DNA of 64,000 bases, taken from contig OZ024746.1 of NCBI GenBank assembly GCA_964016885.1, positions 44,640,001 to 44,704,000 of the forward strand. The letters run 5' to 3'. A program made the translations under genes and the position numbers. Below are positions 29,735-45,722 of this stretch, one piece after another. This stretch comes from Eledone cirrhosa. Its lineage: Eukaryota. The notes beneath the pieces are model-generated. The model did no database searches. It saw only the letters and a program-made list of their open reading frames with translations, and was not told the DNA's origin. Within the stretch, counting starts at the first letter, position 1, and every line of letters starts with the position of its first letter.

Positions 29735-29791
29735 ATGTATCTGTATATATTTGTTTATGTATGTATGTGTGTATATATATTTATATATATT

Positions 29792-29822
<31 letters not shown>

Positions 29823-29829
29823 GTATGTG

Positions 29830-29880
<51 letters not shown>

Positions 29881-29970
29881 GTGTGTATGTGTGTGTATAT
29901 GTGTATACGTGTGTGTAGGTGTATTGTGTATATATATGTATGTGTATGTGTATGTGTATATATATATGTG

Positions 29971-30075
<105 letters not shown>

Positions 30076-30114
30076 AATAACAAAGAACGCCTATAGCATA
30101 TGCATATCTTTACT

Positions 30115-30160
30115 TGCTAACATTGTTTCATCCGCACTATAAGTGGGACTCATCAGAGCA
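30115..30160 (-). ncRNA. Minimal hammerhead ribozyme in PLE terminal repeat
   Basis: Mirror of 36923-36968; sense to the PLE ORF. Confidence 0.7.
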
Positions 30161-30775
30161 TAAAGGTTAATTACATACCATACAAGCAATAACAAATCCA
30201 AGACATTGAAGAATGAAAAATAATAGAAGATAAAGGATATTAAGGAAGTAAAAGTAAAAATAAGAATAAAAATAAAATTAAAAATAAAAATAAAAATAAA
30301 AATAAAAATAAAAATAAAAATAAAAATAAAAATAAAAATAAAAATAAAAATAAAAATAAAAATAAAAGAATAAAAATAATGAAATAAAACAATGAAAAAT
30401 AAGGGGTGCTATCAGTCACAGTTGGGCGGGGTGCTGTCAACATATAGTTACATACAAGCATACACATGGATAAGAGAACAGACAAGAGTAGATAAGATAG
30501 ATAGGATTAGGTAAGAGTAGGTAAAAAATAGGTGAAAAACAGACTTATAATATATATAAGAAAATATAAAAAAATATATAACAAACTTACATATAAAATA
30601 TAAAATATACAGATAATAGTGATACAGGGTAAGGAATGAAATAAAGTAATATAATATAAAATTAAAATTAAAATTATATAATATAATCATAGAATAAGAT
30701 AAAATAAGGTAAACTAAAATAAAATAAAATAGACTAAAGTAAAATAATATAATATAAGATATAATTAAATGTAAC

Positions 30776-30814
<39 letters not shown>

Positions 30815-30881
30815 AATAAATAAATAAATAAATAAATAAATAAAATTAAATAAATAAATAAAATTAAAATTAAAATTAAAT

Positions 30882-30913
<32 letters not shown>

Positions 30914-32432
30914 GTAAATAAATAAATAAATAAATAAATGAAATTAAATAAGTAAATAAATAAATAAAATTAAATAAAATGAAATGAAATAAAATAAAAT
31001 GAAATAAAGTAAATTGAGATAAGATATATATTTTTTTAGAATATATCTCTTGAATATATCAGGGGCCCACGAAGGCACTAAGTGTCACAGTTATCTGTAT
31101 CACTTGACCATTTTTTAAAAATATATTTCTTGAAAATATCAGGGGCCCACGAAGGCACTAAGTGTCACAGTCACCAGTATCACTTGACCATTGCAAGGCA
31201 ATGGAGGCGTCCCAGGTTGGGCAGTCTCAAAAGTTCACTCGAAAGTCACGGGTGTGCATTCACACAGTTGAGCGGTGGGGTAATCACAAACCGGTTCACA
31301 CCCGGGCAGGAGTCCAATGGTCAAACAGAGGTGCATCGAAGGAAGGTAGGAAAATTCACGTGCAGTAGCAAGCGAGGTGCAGGCGGGTTAGCCAAAGCAA
31401 GCAGACACAGTTGGAGCGCATACAAAAGATATATAAAAAGACAAAAGATATATAAAAAATAGCTTCAAGAGCCATGAAGTCACTGCATTGGGACATCACA
31501 AGATTGTACACACCAATATGTTCAGCACGTATATGCACATATACACACCACATGCATATGCAGAGACGGTATACATATATATATATATTTTATATACAGA
31601 CATATACAACCACCTACACCCATACACATATAAATGTATACACAGACACACACGCACACACACACAGCGTAGGACACCCGGGTCAAAGCTGATATTAAAC
31701 ACAGAAATACCACATTAGGCAAGACCCACCACCACGGATAATACATTCAAAATAAATACATACGATGAGATGTAGTAAAATAAAGTTGAATTCCTACGGA
31801 GATAATCATGTCCGCACGTGCCATTGCCCGATTCAAGTGTACACAGACCGTTAGTAACTACGGAGGGCTATCGGGGCCAAAACGTTACTTTCGGGATCAT
31901 AACAACGACCGTCAATATATGGAAGGCCGATCGTGCTAGAAAGACTACAACCCCGGGCAAGAGCTCCCAGAAGTCAGCCTGTAGATCTTAAACCACAGAA
32001 TAGGAGGGCAACACGTACATGCGCCACGTATCTACTGCTTACGGCGGGATGGCACAGGTCCGCCCACAGTTACAGGCTAAATTTCTATTAGTGCAGCCTA
32101 TATCACAGTACACGCTCTACATAGATACATTACATCACAACTCATGCGCATACAGAGGTACAGATCCACAAGATATACGTCAGGATAGACCCACCAATGC
32201 ACCAATGGTGGGTAGGCGAGCGTGGATGGGTTACATCCGCTGTGCCAAACAGGGGTGCTTATTAACATACACACCCACTCACCTGTACACCCCAATATCC
32301 AGATCAATATCCTCCCGCAGGCATACGTATATACTCACCGACTCATATACATAGAAGACCAACAATAGGAGACAGTTACACACAATCAGAGACAGTTACA
32401 CAAGATAGCCCAACTGGAGAAATAAGGAAGTG

Positions 32433-34395
32433 CTAGCTAACAGGTTTAAAGTAGAAGAAAGAGCTTAATATTCGGTGGGGGCAAGAGGAAAATATTTCTG
32501 ACTTTCTATTTAGTAGAGGGCATTTAGCAAATATAATAGAGTGGGATTCGGCAAGGCATAGGTTACATACTCTATTATGAGGAGTATATGGATGGGATTT
32601 AGCAACCTGCCGCCAAGTAAGTGTGTAATGTGTTCGTGCATTTTTTAAATTGTGGACGTACGCTGCTAAGGAGGTGGAGTTCCTCAGTTTATTATGTCTA
32701 AAAGTGCATTGGTTAGAGTTAAACCTGGTCTTAAAGGGGGTGGAGGTTGATCCTATATAGGTTTTAGTGGACGCCGTAGTTACCACATCACACGCATAAA
32801 CTATGTTTCTAACAAGGCAGAAACCATTCAGGGGGCAGCCTGAAGCCCTTCTACAGTTACAACCTCTGCTGATGCTATTCTCAGAATGATCACCACTTGT
32901 GTTTCTGCCCACTCTGTCCACTACCGTGTTTTCCCCTAGGCTTAGGTTGTCCAGGCCTTCCTTTATTTTCTTATTATTAGTAATGGCCAGATGAGAGGCC
33001 AGATTTTGGGTTGTAGAATACGAAAGTTTAACAACATTCTTATTGAGGATAGAGTGGTACCTATTACCAGGAGGGAAGTTCCTTTCTAACACAGAGAAGA
33101 AGGCCCTAGGAATATTTATAGCCACTTCAGAATTAAAAGGGGGGTTGAAGTATGTATTCAATCTTCTTCTATTCTTTTTATTCTTTCTATTTCCATCACT
33201 ATTATTAGCATTATTATTTCTACGGTTACTATGCTCACCTTGTCTATGCGGGGAGCTGCGAGGCCTACCATTGCTATTACTTAGACTAATGGTGCCCTGC
33301 TGGTTCATTCCACCGGCATTTAGAAACCTCCCATTCGCGACACCTCTATTGCTATTACTTAGACTAATGGTGCCCTGCTGCTTCATTCCACCGGCATTTA
33401 GAACCCTCCCATTCGCGACACCTCCATTACCAATGAACATATTATGTGTTATAACAACACTGGTAGAGCTACTATTAGGACTATTATTTCCCTGGGTGTA
33501 ATACAATTTGTCCCTAAAGCCGGATCTAGCTAAGGCATCATTATAGTAATCAGCCTGCGAGTCAAACGCCTCCTCACTATGTGAGAGTGAACTTATTCTG
33601 TTAGATACGCCCTTCAGTATACCGCTGATGACCGACCTAGGGTGGTTAGAGTTGGTATTCACGTAAGTCAGCAATTCATTAGGCTTATGGTACGGTGTGT
33701 ACGTATGGTTATCCAAGTCCAATGTAACATCCAGGAAGTTCACAGTTCTATCATTTATATCCATAGTAATGGATAGGTTAAATGTTTTAAAAAACTATGC
33801 AGCTTTTTCCTAATGCGCACTATATTATACTTACTAGTATCTATGGAGAGTAGGGCGTCATCCCGGTACAACCCGCCCCTAAGGAAAGGGAAGTTACTAT
33901 GCAGTTCATTGAGGAGGTATAGCCCAACTAAGTCGGTGACCTGAGCAGAGTCACTCGACCCCATAGTAATGTCAAAATTATCAGGTGTGTTTTTTCTCGT
34001 CCATAGATTATCCTCAAACATGATAATGGTTTTACGTGCAGCGAGAACAATATCTATCTGTGGCCTTGTAATTGCCCCCCTCTGCATGGCTAGGATGAAG
34101 GCCTTATTGAGGATAATAGGAGATATAGATGTATAATAAGCATCAATATCAAATTGGATGAATTTGAGTGAGTCACGACCACAATCCGTAGAGAACCACC
34201 TAATGACTTCACTAGCGTTACCCCAAAGCTCAAGGAAAGTTTTTTCTCTAACCAGGGGAATAACGCTATCCAAGATTCCCTTACTAATAATCCCCAGGTC
34301 AGACTTGGAGGGGCAGATAAGCCTAACTGAGGGTCTGCTAATAAAATCTTCCTTGTGGTCCTTGAGGGTGAATCTAGGCTGCTTGGGGCAATAAG
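32433..34395 (-). pseudogene. PLE RT + GIY-YIG endonuclease ORF, frameshifted near 33760 and 5'-truncated
   Basis: RT: QFDIDAYYTSI, ITMGS, GGLYRDD, VNFLDVTL, SNHP. Linker CNC-x5-CPLNGFC. GIY-YIG: IVY...YIGST...RFN...H, CNLC, LNRKSE. Confidence 0.92.
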
Positions 34396-36922
34396 GCTGA
34401 GTGTGTTTATCCAGACCTAAAACCTATATAGGATCAACCTCCACCCCCTTTAAGACCAGGTTTAACTCTAACCAATGCACTTTTAGACATAATAAACTGA
34501 GGAACTCCACCTCCTTAGCAGCGTACGTCCACAATTTAAAAAATGCACGAACACATTACACACTTACTTGGCGGCAGGTTGCTAAATCCCATCCATATAC
34601 TCCTCATAATAGAGTATGTAACCTATGCCTTGCCGAATCCCACTCTATTATATTTGCTAAATGCCCTCTACTAAATAGAAAGTCAGAAATATTTTCCTCT
34701 TGCCCCCACCGAATATTAAGCTCTTTCTTCTACTTTAAACCTGTTAGCTAGCACTTCCTTATTTCTCCAGTTGGGCTATCTTGTGTAACTGTCTCTGATT
34801 GTGTGTAACTGTCTCCTATTGTTGGTCTTCTATGTATATGAGTCGGTGAGTGTATACGTATGCCTGCGGGAGGATATTGATCTGGATATTGGGGTGTACA
34901 GGTGAGTGGGTGTGTATGTTAATAAGCACCCCTGTTTGGCACAGCGGATGTAACCCATCCACGCTCGCCTACCCACCATTGGTGCATTGGTGGGTCTATC
35001 CTGACGTATATCTTGTGGATCTGTACCTCTGTATGCGCATGAGTTGTGATGTAATGTATCTATGTAGAGCGTGTACTGTGATATAGGCTGCACTAATAGA
35101 AATTTAGCCTGTAACTGTGGGCGGACCTGTGCCATCCCGCCGTAATCAGTAGATACGTGGCGCATGTACGTGTTGCCCTCCTATTCTGTGGTTTAAGATC
35201 TACAGGCTGACTTCTGGGAGCTCTTGCCCGGGGTTGTAGTCTTTCTAGCACGATCGGCCTTCCATATATTGACGGTCGTTGTTATGATCCCGAAAGTAAC
35301 GTTTTGGCCCCGATAGCCCTCCGTAGTTACTAACGGTCTGTGTACACTTGAATCGGGCAATGGCACGTGCGGACATGATTATCTCCGTAGGAATTCAACT
35401 TTATTTTACTACATCTCATCGTATGTATTTATTTTGAATGTATTATCCGTGGTGGTGGGTCTTGCCTAATGTGGTATTTCTGTGTTTAATATCAGCTTTG
35501 ACCCGGGTGTCCTACGCTGTGTGTGTGTGCGTGTGTGTCTGTGTATACATTTATATGTGTATGGGTGTAGGTGGTTGTATATGTCTGTATATAAAAAAAT
35601 ATATATATATGTATACCGTCTCTGCATATGCATGTGGTGTGTATATGTGCATATACGTGCTGAACATATTGGTGTGTACAATCTTGTGATGTCCCAATGC
35701 AGTGACTTCATGGCTCTTGAAGCTATTTTTTATATATCTTTTGTCTTTTTATATATCTTTTGTATGCGCTCCAACTGTGTCTGCTTGCTTTGGCTAACCC
35801 GCCTGCACCTCGCTTGCTACTGCACGTGAATTCTCCTACCTTCCTTCGATGCACCTCTGTTTGACCATTGGACTCCTGCCCGGGTGTGAACCGGTTTGTG
35901 ATTACCCCACCGCTCAACTGTGTGAATGCACACCCGTGACTTTCGAGTGAACTTTTGAGACTGCCCAACCTGGGACGCCTCCATTGCCTTGCAATGGTCA
36001 AGTAATACTGGTGACTGTGACACTTAGTGCCTTCGTGGGCCCCTGATATTTTCAAGAAATATATTTTTAAAAAATGGTCAAGTGATACAGATAACTGTGA
36101 CACTTAGTGCCTTCGTGGGCCCTTGATATATTCAAGAGATATATTCTAAAAAAATATATATCTTATCTCAATTTACTTTATTTCATTTTATTTTATTTCA
36201 TTTCATTTTATTTAATTTTATTTATTTATTTACTTATTTAATTTCATTTATTTATTTATTTATTTATTTACTTATTTATTTATTTATTTATTTATTTAAA
36301 TTTAATTTTAATTTTAATTTTATTTATTTATTTAATTTTATTTATTTATTTTATTTATTTATTTATTTATTTAGTTACATTTAATTATATCTTATATTAT
36401 ATTATTTTACTTTAGTCTATTTTATTTTATTTTAGTTTACCTTATTTTATCTTATTCTATGATTATATTATATAATTTTAATTTTAATTTTATATTATAT
36501 TACTTTATTTCATTCCTTACCCTGTATCACTATTATCTGTATATTTTATATTTTATATGTAAGTTTGTTATATATTTTTTTATATTTTCTTATATATATT
36601 ATAAGTCTGTTTTTCACCTATTTTTTACCTACTCTTACCTAATCCTATCTATCTTATCTACTCTTGTCTGTTCTCTTATCCATGTGTATGCTTGTATGTA
36701 ACTATATGTTGACAGCACCCCGCCCAACTGTGACTGATAGCACCCCTTATTTTTCATTGTTTTATTTCATTATTTTTATTCTTTTATTTTTATTTTTATT
36801 TTTATTTTTATTTTTATTCTTATTTTTACTTTTACTTCCTTAATATCCTTTATCTTCTATTATTTTTCATTCTTCAATGTCTTGGATTTGTTATTGCTTG
36901 TATGGTATGTAATTAACCTTTA

Positions 36923-36968
36923 TGCTCTGATGAGTCCCACTTATAGTGCGGATGAAACAATGTTAGCA
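36923..36968 (+). ncRNA. Minimal hammerhead ribozyme in PLE terminal repeat
   Basis: tgct-CTGATGA-GTCC-CACT/AGTG-C-GGAT-GAAA-CAATG-TT-agca, ~45 nt from the element end. Confidence 0.7.
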
Positions 36969-37108
36969 AGTAAAGATATGCATATGCTATAGGCGTTCTT
37001 TGTTATTTATTATATCACGGCTCTGTCCTCAGACATCGAGCTAACCTTATACTGCCTGCTGGATAAGAGGAGTGTTATACACCCCTGATCCTCTCCCTAG
37101 TATACTAC

Positions 37109-37152
<44 letters not shown>

Positions 37153-37323
37153 ATATATGCATATATCTGTGTATTTATGTGTTTTTGTATACACATGTAT
37201 ATTTGTGTTTGTATGTGTATGTGTGTGAGTGTATTTATATGTGTATATATGTGTGTGTGTGTGTGTGTATATATATGTATGTGTGTGTGTATGTATATGT
37301 GTGTGTATATGTAGGTGTATGTA

Positions 37324-37412
<89 letters not shown>

Positions 37413-37457
37413 ATATATATATGTGTGTATATATATATATATATGTATGTATATATA

Positions 37458-37502
<45 letters not shown>

Positions 37503-38075
37503 AGATGTATGTATATAAATATATTTATATATTTGTGTGTGTGTTCTTATGTGTGTTTTTGTGTATGTGTATGTGTGTTTATGGTTGCGCGTGAGTGTGT
37601 GAGTAAGTATGTTTTTTTGTTTTTTTGTGTCTGATGATTTTTGGCATATAGTTGATTAGTTTAAGAGAAGTTCGAAGATAATTGTAAGATATGCACTCAG
37701 TATCTTGAATCTGTCTACAGAATTCTCTAAACCTTTGTCACTTAGTAGAACCTTAACGATTTTAGCTTTTAAAGAATCTCCCTTTTCTTTTATTCTATCT
37801 ACCATGACCGACCCCCCACTGATTTTATAGACATCTGTTAGCTTAAGAGAAACTTAATGACAAGGAATGGTATGCCATCCGGAACCTGTTTATAGAATTC
37901 TGTCTGCCTTTGTTACTCTAAAAACATAAATAAATAAAAATAAACTATAGCTTTGTAGAATTAGCTTTTTATGAATTCGCTTTTCTATCAACCAATGACC
38001 TACACCCATCCCACTCCCCACCCTCTCCTACCACTTGTAGAGACCTATAAATACCATTTTTATTTTTTGATACCC

Positions 38076-38126
38076 AGATTCCTGATGATTTCTAAAGAAT
38101 GAAACAGTTCTAGTCCTGTAGAATCT
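38076..38126 (+). ncRNA. Type I hammerhead ribozyme
   Basis: agattc-CTGATGA-T-TTC-TAAA-GAA-T-GAAA-CAG-ttctagtc-CTG-TA-gaatct. 6-bp helix I, GUA triplet. Confidence 0.8.
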
Positions 38127-38157
38127 CATCTATATTAAAACTTATATATATATTTAT

Positions 38158-38654
<497 letters not shown>

Positions 38655-38657
38655 GTG

Positions 38658-38821
<164 letters not shown>

Positions 38822-39164
38822 TATGACCCCCGAAGGCAGAGCTCAAGCCCTTTCGACGGCTTGAGCTCTGCCGTCGGGGTCATACTCTTTCCTATTTCCC
38901 ACTCTACTACTCTAAGTATTGAGTACTCTCGTGCGTTATGGTCCATCTGGTTCCTTACCACAATTCCTTGTTATATATATATATATATATATATACGGGG
39001 TAACAAATGATTGTTATAGGTAGTCCACTTAGGTGAAGTCCAGTTATGGTAGTCCGGGTAGTGGATGATATCAACGCTTGGCTAAGTTTGACTCAACAAG
39101 GCGTTTCCATAGTGATGCTGCGAGTACGCTGTAATTCCTATGTTGTAAACACTTGGAGTAATGA

Positions 39165-39632
<468 letters not shown>

Positions 39633-39649
39633 TATATATATATATATCT

Positions 39650-39747
<98 letters not shown>

Positions 39748-40379
39748 TGTGAAAAATGGAACGGGACCAAAACAAAGAGGCAGTACAAACAAAGGTTTAT
39801 TAGTTTCACGTTCTTGAGTATATGTGTGTGTGTGCAGATCCCGAGTGAAATCGGGAGTAACCACAGTTAAAGAGGCACTCAAGACATTAGCAGAGTGTAA
39901 ACATCATTATTTAATATAGAAATGTCTTCTACAGGAATAGAACTGTTTCATTCATACGAAATCACCAAGGGCATTCTTGGTGATTTCATAAGAATGAAAC
40001 AGATCTAGCCCAGTAGAATCCATTTCTATATTATATATACACATATATATGCGTACGTATTTATATTTATATACATACATGCATACAGTAAGAGAGAGGG
40101 GAAGTGATAAAGAAAGAGAGAGAGAGAGAACAGGTTGGGTAGAGAAAGTTAGATAGGTACACAAATAGTTAGATAGTACAGTATCATGTCTTGCTGTAAA
40201 GAAAATTGCTCTTTGTGCGTGTATATAAAAAGAAACTAATATTGATTTCTTTTTATGATAATCAAAGTGACGAGTAATCTTCTGGCTTTCAGAAAAAATA
40301 TTCTCACAAGCATCAATGTATCTGAAGAAAATAATGTTTTTATTGAATAATCACTGTAGACTAAATTGGTAGAACAGGC

Positions 40380-42400
40380 ATACTTTATACTAGTTTGACC
40401 TTTTTTAAAGAACGAAATGGTCAGAGTAACTAATAGGTTCGAACATACGCGAAAGAAAATTTGATCATTTATATTTATATACCGGTTCGATAAAACACCG
40501 CCATAGTAGACATTATTTTAATTATTTTTGTTTTCAGTAAACAATACAAGACTGCGTTATATATATTGCAATCTTTCTGTTACAGGCCTTGACTCTAAAC
40601 TGGGTTACATAAAATGTACTCATATTCAAAACAAAACGTTTGTCTGGCTTCATGGAGACACACTACTAATTTGGATCTGCTTTACACAGCAAACAAGATT
40701 ACTATTAATTTTGCATTCAATGATATAGACTGGTTCTCACATCTCAGCAGTCTTTATTGAAAATGTAAATCTTCTGACATTGGTACGTACAGTAAATTTG
40801 TAAATCAGGTATTTAGTCGGGTTTTTTTTAGTCCAGTTTATAATATTGGAGGAAAGAGGAAGTGGAATGTGACAAATTTAAATTCATAGAAGAATCCTAT
40901 TAAGAGTAATGGATGGGGCTTATTCTTTTGGTAATTTCTTTTAGAAATGGTATTAGAAACAAGGTAAGGACACTGCTTAGAAGAGGACTATTTATCGTGA
41001 CAAGTGTAATTTTATCATTCAACCGGTTGACGCTTCAGGTGGCAATCTTATGTTGTTAAACTAGTAACGGTTATTATGTTTCAGATTTGAGCAGGAATAT
41101 AAAATGTGCCTTGAAGGAGTAATTTCTGGCAGAAGAAACCTAATCTTGAGATGCAGCTTTGGCTGTTGCATTATTGTGGAATATAAATGTTTAAGTTATA
41201 GCTGTATGTTGCGGTGGCTGTTTTCGTGGTTTCGATGTCTTCGTATTGTTAAATGAACATTTTCCGAGCGGAGAATGATATTGTGACATGGTTAAGGCAT
41301 AGTTGCATATTGGGCGTAAGAGCTAAAGTTTCCCTACTTGAATCCACTTGCTTCTAAGGCTTCTTTGTTAAAAATAACGTTGCTACAGGAGTGGTAGGAG
41401 ACGCTCCTGCTAATGTCTCTTAAAGTCTCTTAAACATTATTGGGAGGATGGCAGGATAATGCATTTATGTATGGCAATCTATGAATTGTCTTTTTCAGGG
41501 TCTGTATTGACTAATATGTAGTTCTAATGTTACATCTAGGACGTTCACAGTGGTTATGGTAGTGTCTACATTTATGTTTAAGCTGAAAGCTTTAACACTT
41601 TGTATAATCTCTTTCCTTAATCTATGTAGTGCGTGCAGGTTTGTATTGTTAGCTATTGCCAAGCCTGAGCTCTGTATAGACCGAAGCGCACGGATGGATA
41701 TAGATCGTCTGGTGTGTTAACTATGTATATAAACCCTCCAAATTGTATATATCCCCTCCACCAAAAGAGCTCATACTCTTATTGAAGGATACGCTTGCGT
41801 TGGTATTCTTTACACATTCAGTGTCCACGCTGAAGAGAAGTGTTCGTTTGGCCGTCATGATCATCTATTAGTTGTCGGTGTCTATAGGGTAGATGGGCCT
41901 GGCGAAATCTAGTGTTCTATCGTGTAGGTCTTTGGAAATTGAAAGATGAGCAGTGAGCATCGCAATGTTTGATATTAGCACATAAAATCAGTGTGTTTCA
42001 GTTTAATGTCTATACAAATGGACAAATTTCCCACTCTCTTATTTACATCTGCAGCAAAGTTCCTCCTTCACGACTAAGTAAATAATCCATATTATAGTTT
42101 AGTCTTGTTATGTAGGTATTATACTTTGGACCATTCATTAATATTTTATCTTAAATAATGCTTGCATTGACTAACCTGAAATTATTAAATCTAGTTTTAA
42201 CTTGTATATAATATATGTCTTCTTTCCTAATTTAATGAAAATATTCATAAAACAAAGTAATAAATAGTAAAATATTGATCTTTATTTCTTTTTTCCATAT
42301 TATTTTATTAATTGAATAGATCCGTCTCAGATCAAAGGGGAATGATCCCAATTCAATACAATGGATATCAGTGGACACAGAAAAATGAATATTTGTTAAA
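40380..42400 (+). pseudogene. Possible Cys-loop receptor-like pseudogene interrupted by an old PLE
   Basis: NLSVTGLDSKLGYI at 40570-40611 (cf. LxxIxDLDEKNQxL) before the PLE remnant and NVYTNGQI at 42005-42028 (cf. VYSNGxV) after it. Boundaries uncertain. Confidence 0.3.
40860..41950 (-). mobile_element. Old degenerate Penelope-like element fragment
   Basis: Minus-strand peptides FGLYR, TVNVLDVTLE (~41550-41522), YINALSCHPP and EALEASGF parallel GGLYRDD, TVNFLDVTLD, YVNTNSNHPR and DALARSGF of the PLE at 32433-34395. Confidence 0.7.
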
Positions 42401-43619
42401 ATACAACAAAATATTCCATGAGACATTTGTTCATCAGAGAACCATTGAGATAATCTATATATTTGAAAATAATATGATTGCTTAGGGCTTGTTATATACT
42501 AATCCGGCGTCATTTAAGAATACAATTTTCCTCTCACAAAACTAGTTAAACTAGAAACAATATTACACTTAAATATATATTTGGCTTCAATTGTGCCTTA
42601 TTGTTTTAATTTAAAACAAACATTACGAACACGCATATTGCCATGATTTGTTATGTTAATGGATCATGTTATAAGGTTAACAGATGTGATGATATTGCAA
42701 TCTAACATATATATGTATTAGATGTGGAGAGATAAGCATTTAGTATTGATTTAAATTTTTTCCCTCTATGCATAGTCAGAGTTAGAAAAGAGAAACCTGG
42801 TTCATAAAACCAAAGAATAATACAATATAACATTGTTGTGCATGACATCTTCAAGGGGAATTTAAGAAAGATAAATCAAAGCAAATTGTTTTATCAGTAA
42901 AATGAATAAAACTACAGAAAGGAAAATGTCAGAAAATGTTGAAAAGATTCATAAATCTTCAGTCATTTGATATAGACAAAATATTGAACAAAAAATAGAG
43001 TGAAGTGGGAAAATATTTAACTCTTTTATCTGATTATACGTTGCCAACAAATCTAATACTGCCAACTAAAACATCACTGAATTTCCTTATACTGACATCT
43101 TGTTCTTTGAAATGTTCCAGAAGCTCTCCTACACACACCCACACACACACATACACTCCCTCCCCCACACACGCACACACTAAAACACAAAAACACGCAC
43201 ACACATATACACGAAGACAAACTCATACATATATGTCATTTATTTAGGAGATATTGTTTCATTAGATCAAAATGTTGCTGCAGAAATCATATTAAAATAC
43301 ATTATTGAATAACATAACCCCCATTCAAACATACATTATACATTTCAATGAGGGATATCATTATACATTTCAATGAGGAATATCATTATGAGGCGCACTA
43401 GACGTTGACGTTGAAATAAAATATCATTTTATAAACAAATATTTAGTAATTTGTAAACAGTATAATATTTATCACATTATTATACACTCACCCTGCCATA
43501 TCCCATTATTTCTGTAATGTGTGAGTGAGTTAAATTGATGCACTCAATTTTGTGAGAATAGGTCAAAGTCTGTTATATTATATTGTAACGTAAACTTGTA
43601 ATGTTATGATAGAAGGGTT

Positions 43620-43760
43620 TCTGATTGAGACACAAGACCAATAATTTTGGGCGAGAGGAGAGTGGTACGTTACTGGTACTCTATTTTATTGACCCCGTAA
43701 GGATGAAAGGCAAAGCTAACCTCGACGGGATTTGATCTCATACTGTAAAGAGCCATAACT
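43620..43760 (-). mobile_element. SINE copy (family of 16122-16312), diverged
   Basis: Reverse complement contains gagatcaaatcccgtcgaggttagctttgcctttcatccttacggggtcaataaaat. Confidence 0.7.
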
Positions 43761-44639
43761 CCGTGTCGCAAAGTGATATAATACAATAGGATTATCTTAG
43801 GAATATACATCGCACCAGAGTAGAGAATTGTAAAAGTGTTATCCTCGTAGGAATTATATTATAATTGTTATGCTAAAAAATATATTCCATTTTCAGTTAA
43901 CTGAATCTATATGACAGTGGACAGACGTTTAAGAAGTTCACCACGTTATAATTAGGACCTAGTTTCAATTCTACTGCGTGACATCTTGGTCAAGTGTTTG
44001 TTACTATAGACTCGAGTTGAATCCATTCACTGTTAGTGAGATTGTGTCGATAGAAATTGCTTGAAGGCTCATAGTATAAACTGTACCTGTAATTCAAAGG
44101 GATATGCTTGTCACACACTATTGCACGCTGAATCTCCCCGAGGATGATGTCAAGTATTCACATGTCTGTGGAATACTCAGCCACTACCGTTAATTTAATT
44201 AGAAGGCTGCTCATTTGATCCAACAACTGAAATATTCAGCCTCGAAACTGATGTACAGCAATTACATCTACAACATGAAAGTGAGATTAAATGATTTCTG
44301 GTTTGTTAATTGTGCGGTGTTTTCAATTAGTCCGTTCTAACATACCTTCGCACTGACCAGAATCTCATGAATGGAATTTGGAAGTGATAAATTGTGAGTA
44401 AATTATTGGAAGAATGGTACCTTTTTGGGGTACTAGGTATATTAATTTAGCCTTTGGACGTCATTGGAGGACTTCTTTCTGAGAGTGATTCTTCCCGTTA
44501 TCCCGTCAGTAAGATAGGTTAGGAAAAGGTTCATGAATGCCCCACACGTGACTACAATATTAACAAAAACTATCGGCTATTTCGATAAAATATTTCTACT
44601 CAAACAGAGGTCAGCGAGACTATTTAATAAAATTTCTTG

Positions 44640-44820
44640 AATTGACACAGGACAAACAATTTTTGGGAGAGAAAAGTCAATTATATCGACTGCGGTATTT
44701 ACTAATACTTTATTTTATCAACCCCGGAAGGATGAAAGGTAATCTTCAGCTCTGCAGGATTTGAGCTCAGAATATAAAGGGCCGTATCTAAATACTGCAA
44801 AGCATTTTGTCCAACGTTCT
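44640..44820 (-). mobile_element. SINE copy (family of 16122-16312), diverged
   Basis: Reverse complement contains ctgagctcaaatcctgcagag...cctttcatccttccggggttgataaaataaagta. Confidence 0.7.
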
Positions 44821-45722
44821 TATGGTGGTGCCAATTCATCAGACTTAGACTATCTAAAATCAATAAAAATGATTTTACGTGCATCTATGTTAATGTTAAC
44901 GTGAAAATGCATACCAATACAATCATATATTTCAATAAAATATAACAGGATATTCCAAAGAAATAGTTATTTAAATAACAAAGCAATTGATAACAGAGAA
45001 TATAATTACTTAGCGATGACTTGACGGAATGTAAATAATTATGTGTCGAAGAAATAAAGAAATAAAGAAATGAAACAAATATTAGTAAATTACTAATATT
45101 ATTATTTTGATTAGAACTGTAGACAGTTTTAGTGTTGATTCAATTTTATTATGATCTCATTTGTGAAGCATAGACCTCAATATATATGCAGAGGTAAGAA
45201 CTCAGTAAATATATGCAAGTAATTGTGCACGTATTGCTGTAGAAAAGAAAATGTTTAGATAAATCCTTAATGACTAAATGAGATTCCATTCGCTTAAAAA
45301 TGTTACATTAATGTATGTTATATTAAGTATGGAATATTAAGGAAAACAACTACGCAAAAACAATCGACAAGTAGAACAGAGTTTGAACGTCTTTAGTCAA
45401 AGGTCTACACAATCAAGGCTTTATTTATTTCAGTAACACAATTATATGGAAGGAAAATAAATGAAAGGCAAAAACAGAGAACATATTCTACATCCTCAGT
45501 TGGACAGTATATGTTAGGTGTGACTTACCGACAATATTGCAAATTCGCTGCCGCAGATAACATCTAACGGTATCCTCTGCATCTAACATCTTCTGCTCCT
45601 CTGCGTTACAGTTGCCAACGATGAGTTTGGTATCGAAGAAACTGTCATAGGTGGCGTCGCAGATGGGTTATCTATCCCTTACAAAAGGCAAAAGTGAATA
45701 GAAAACCTATATATGAAGACAA

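Noticed and set aside
31082-36103. Mirror ORFs of 111-126 aa in the PLE arms as accessory genes
   Set aside because: Antisense to the PLE, with no recognisable domain; duplicated only because the arms are inverted copies.
37628-37680. CTGATGA followed by possible GAA (also 12896)
   Set aside because: No helix II/III or helix I complementarity; a chance core heptamer.
45529-45677. Minus-strand exon candidate with a polypyrimidine-AG acceptor and GTAAGT donor, relatively GC-rich (PICDATYDSFFDTKLIVGNC...)
   Set aside because: All three frames contain stops within the predicted exon and no partner exons were found. It may be a UTR or non-coding exon but cannot be supported.
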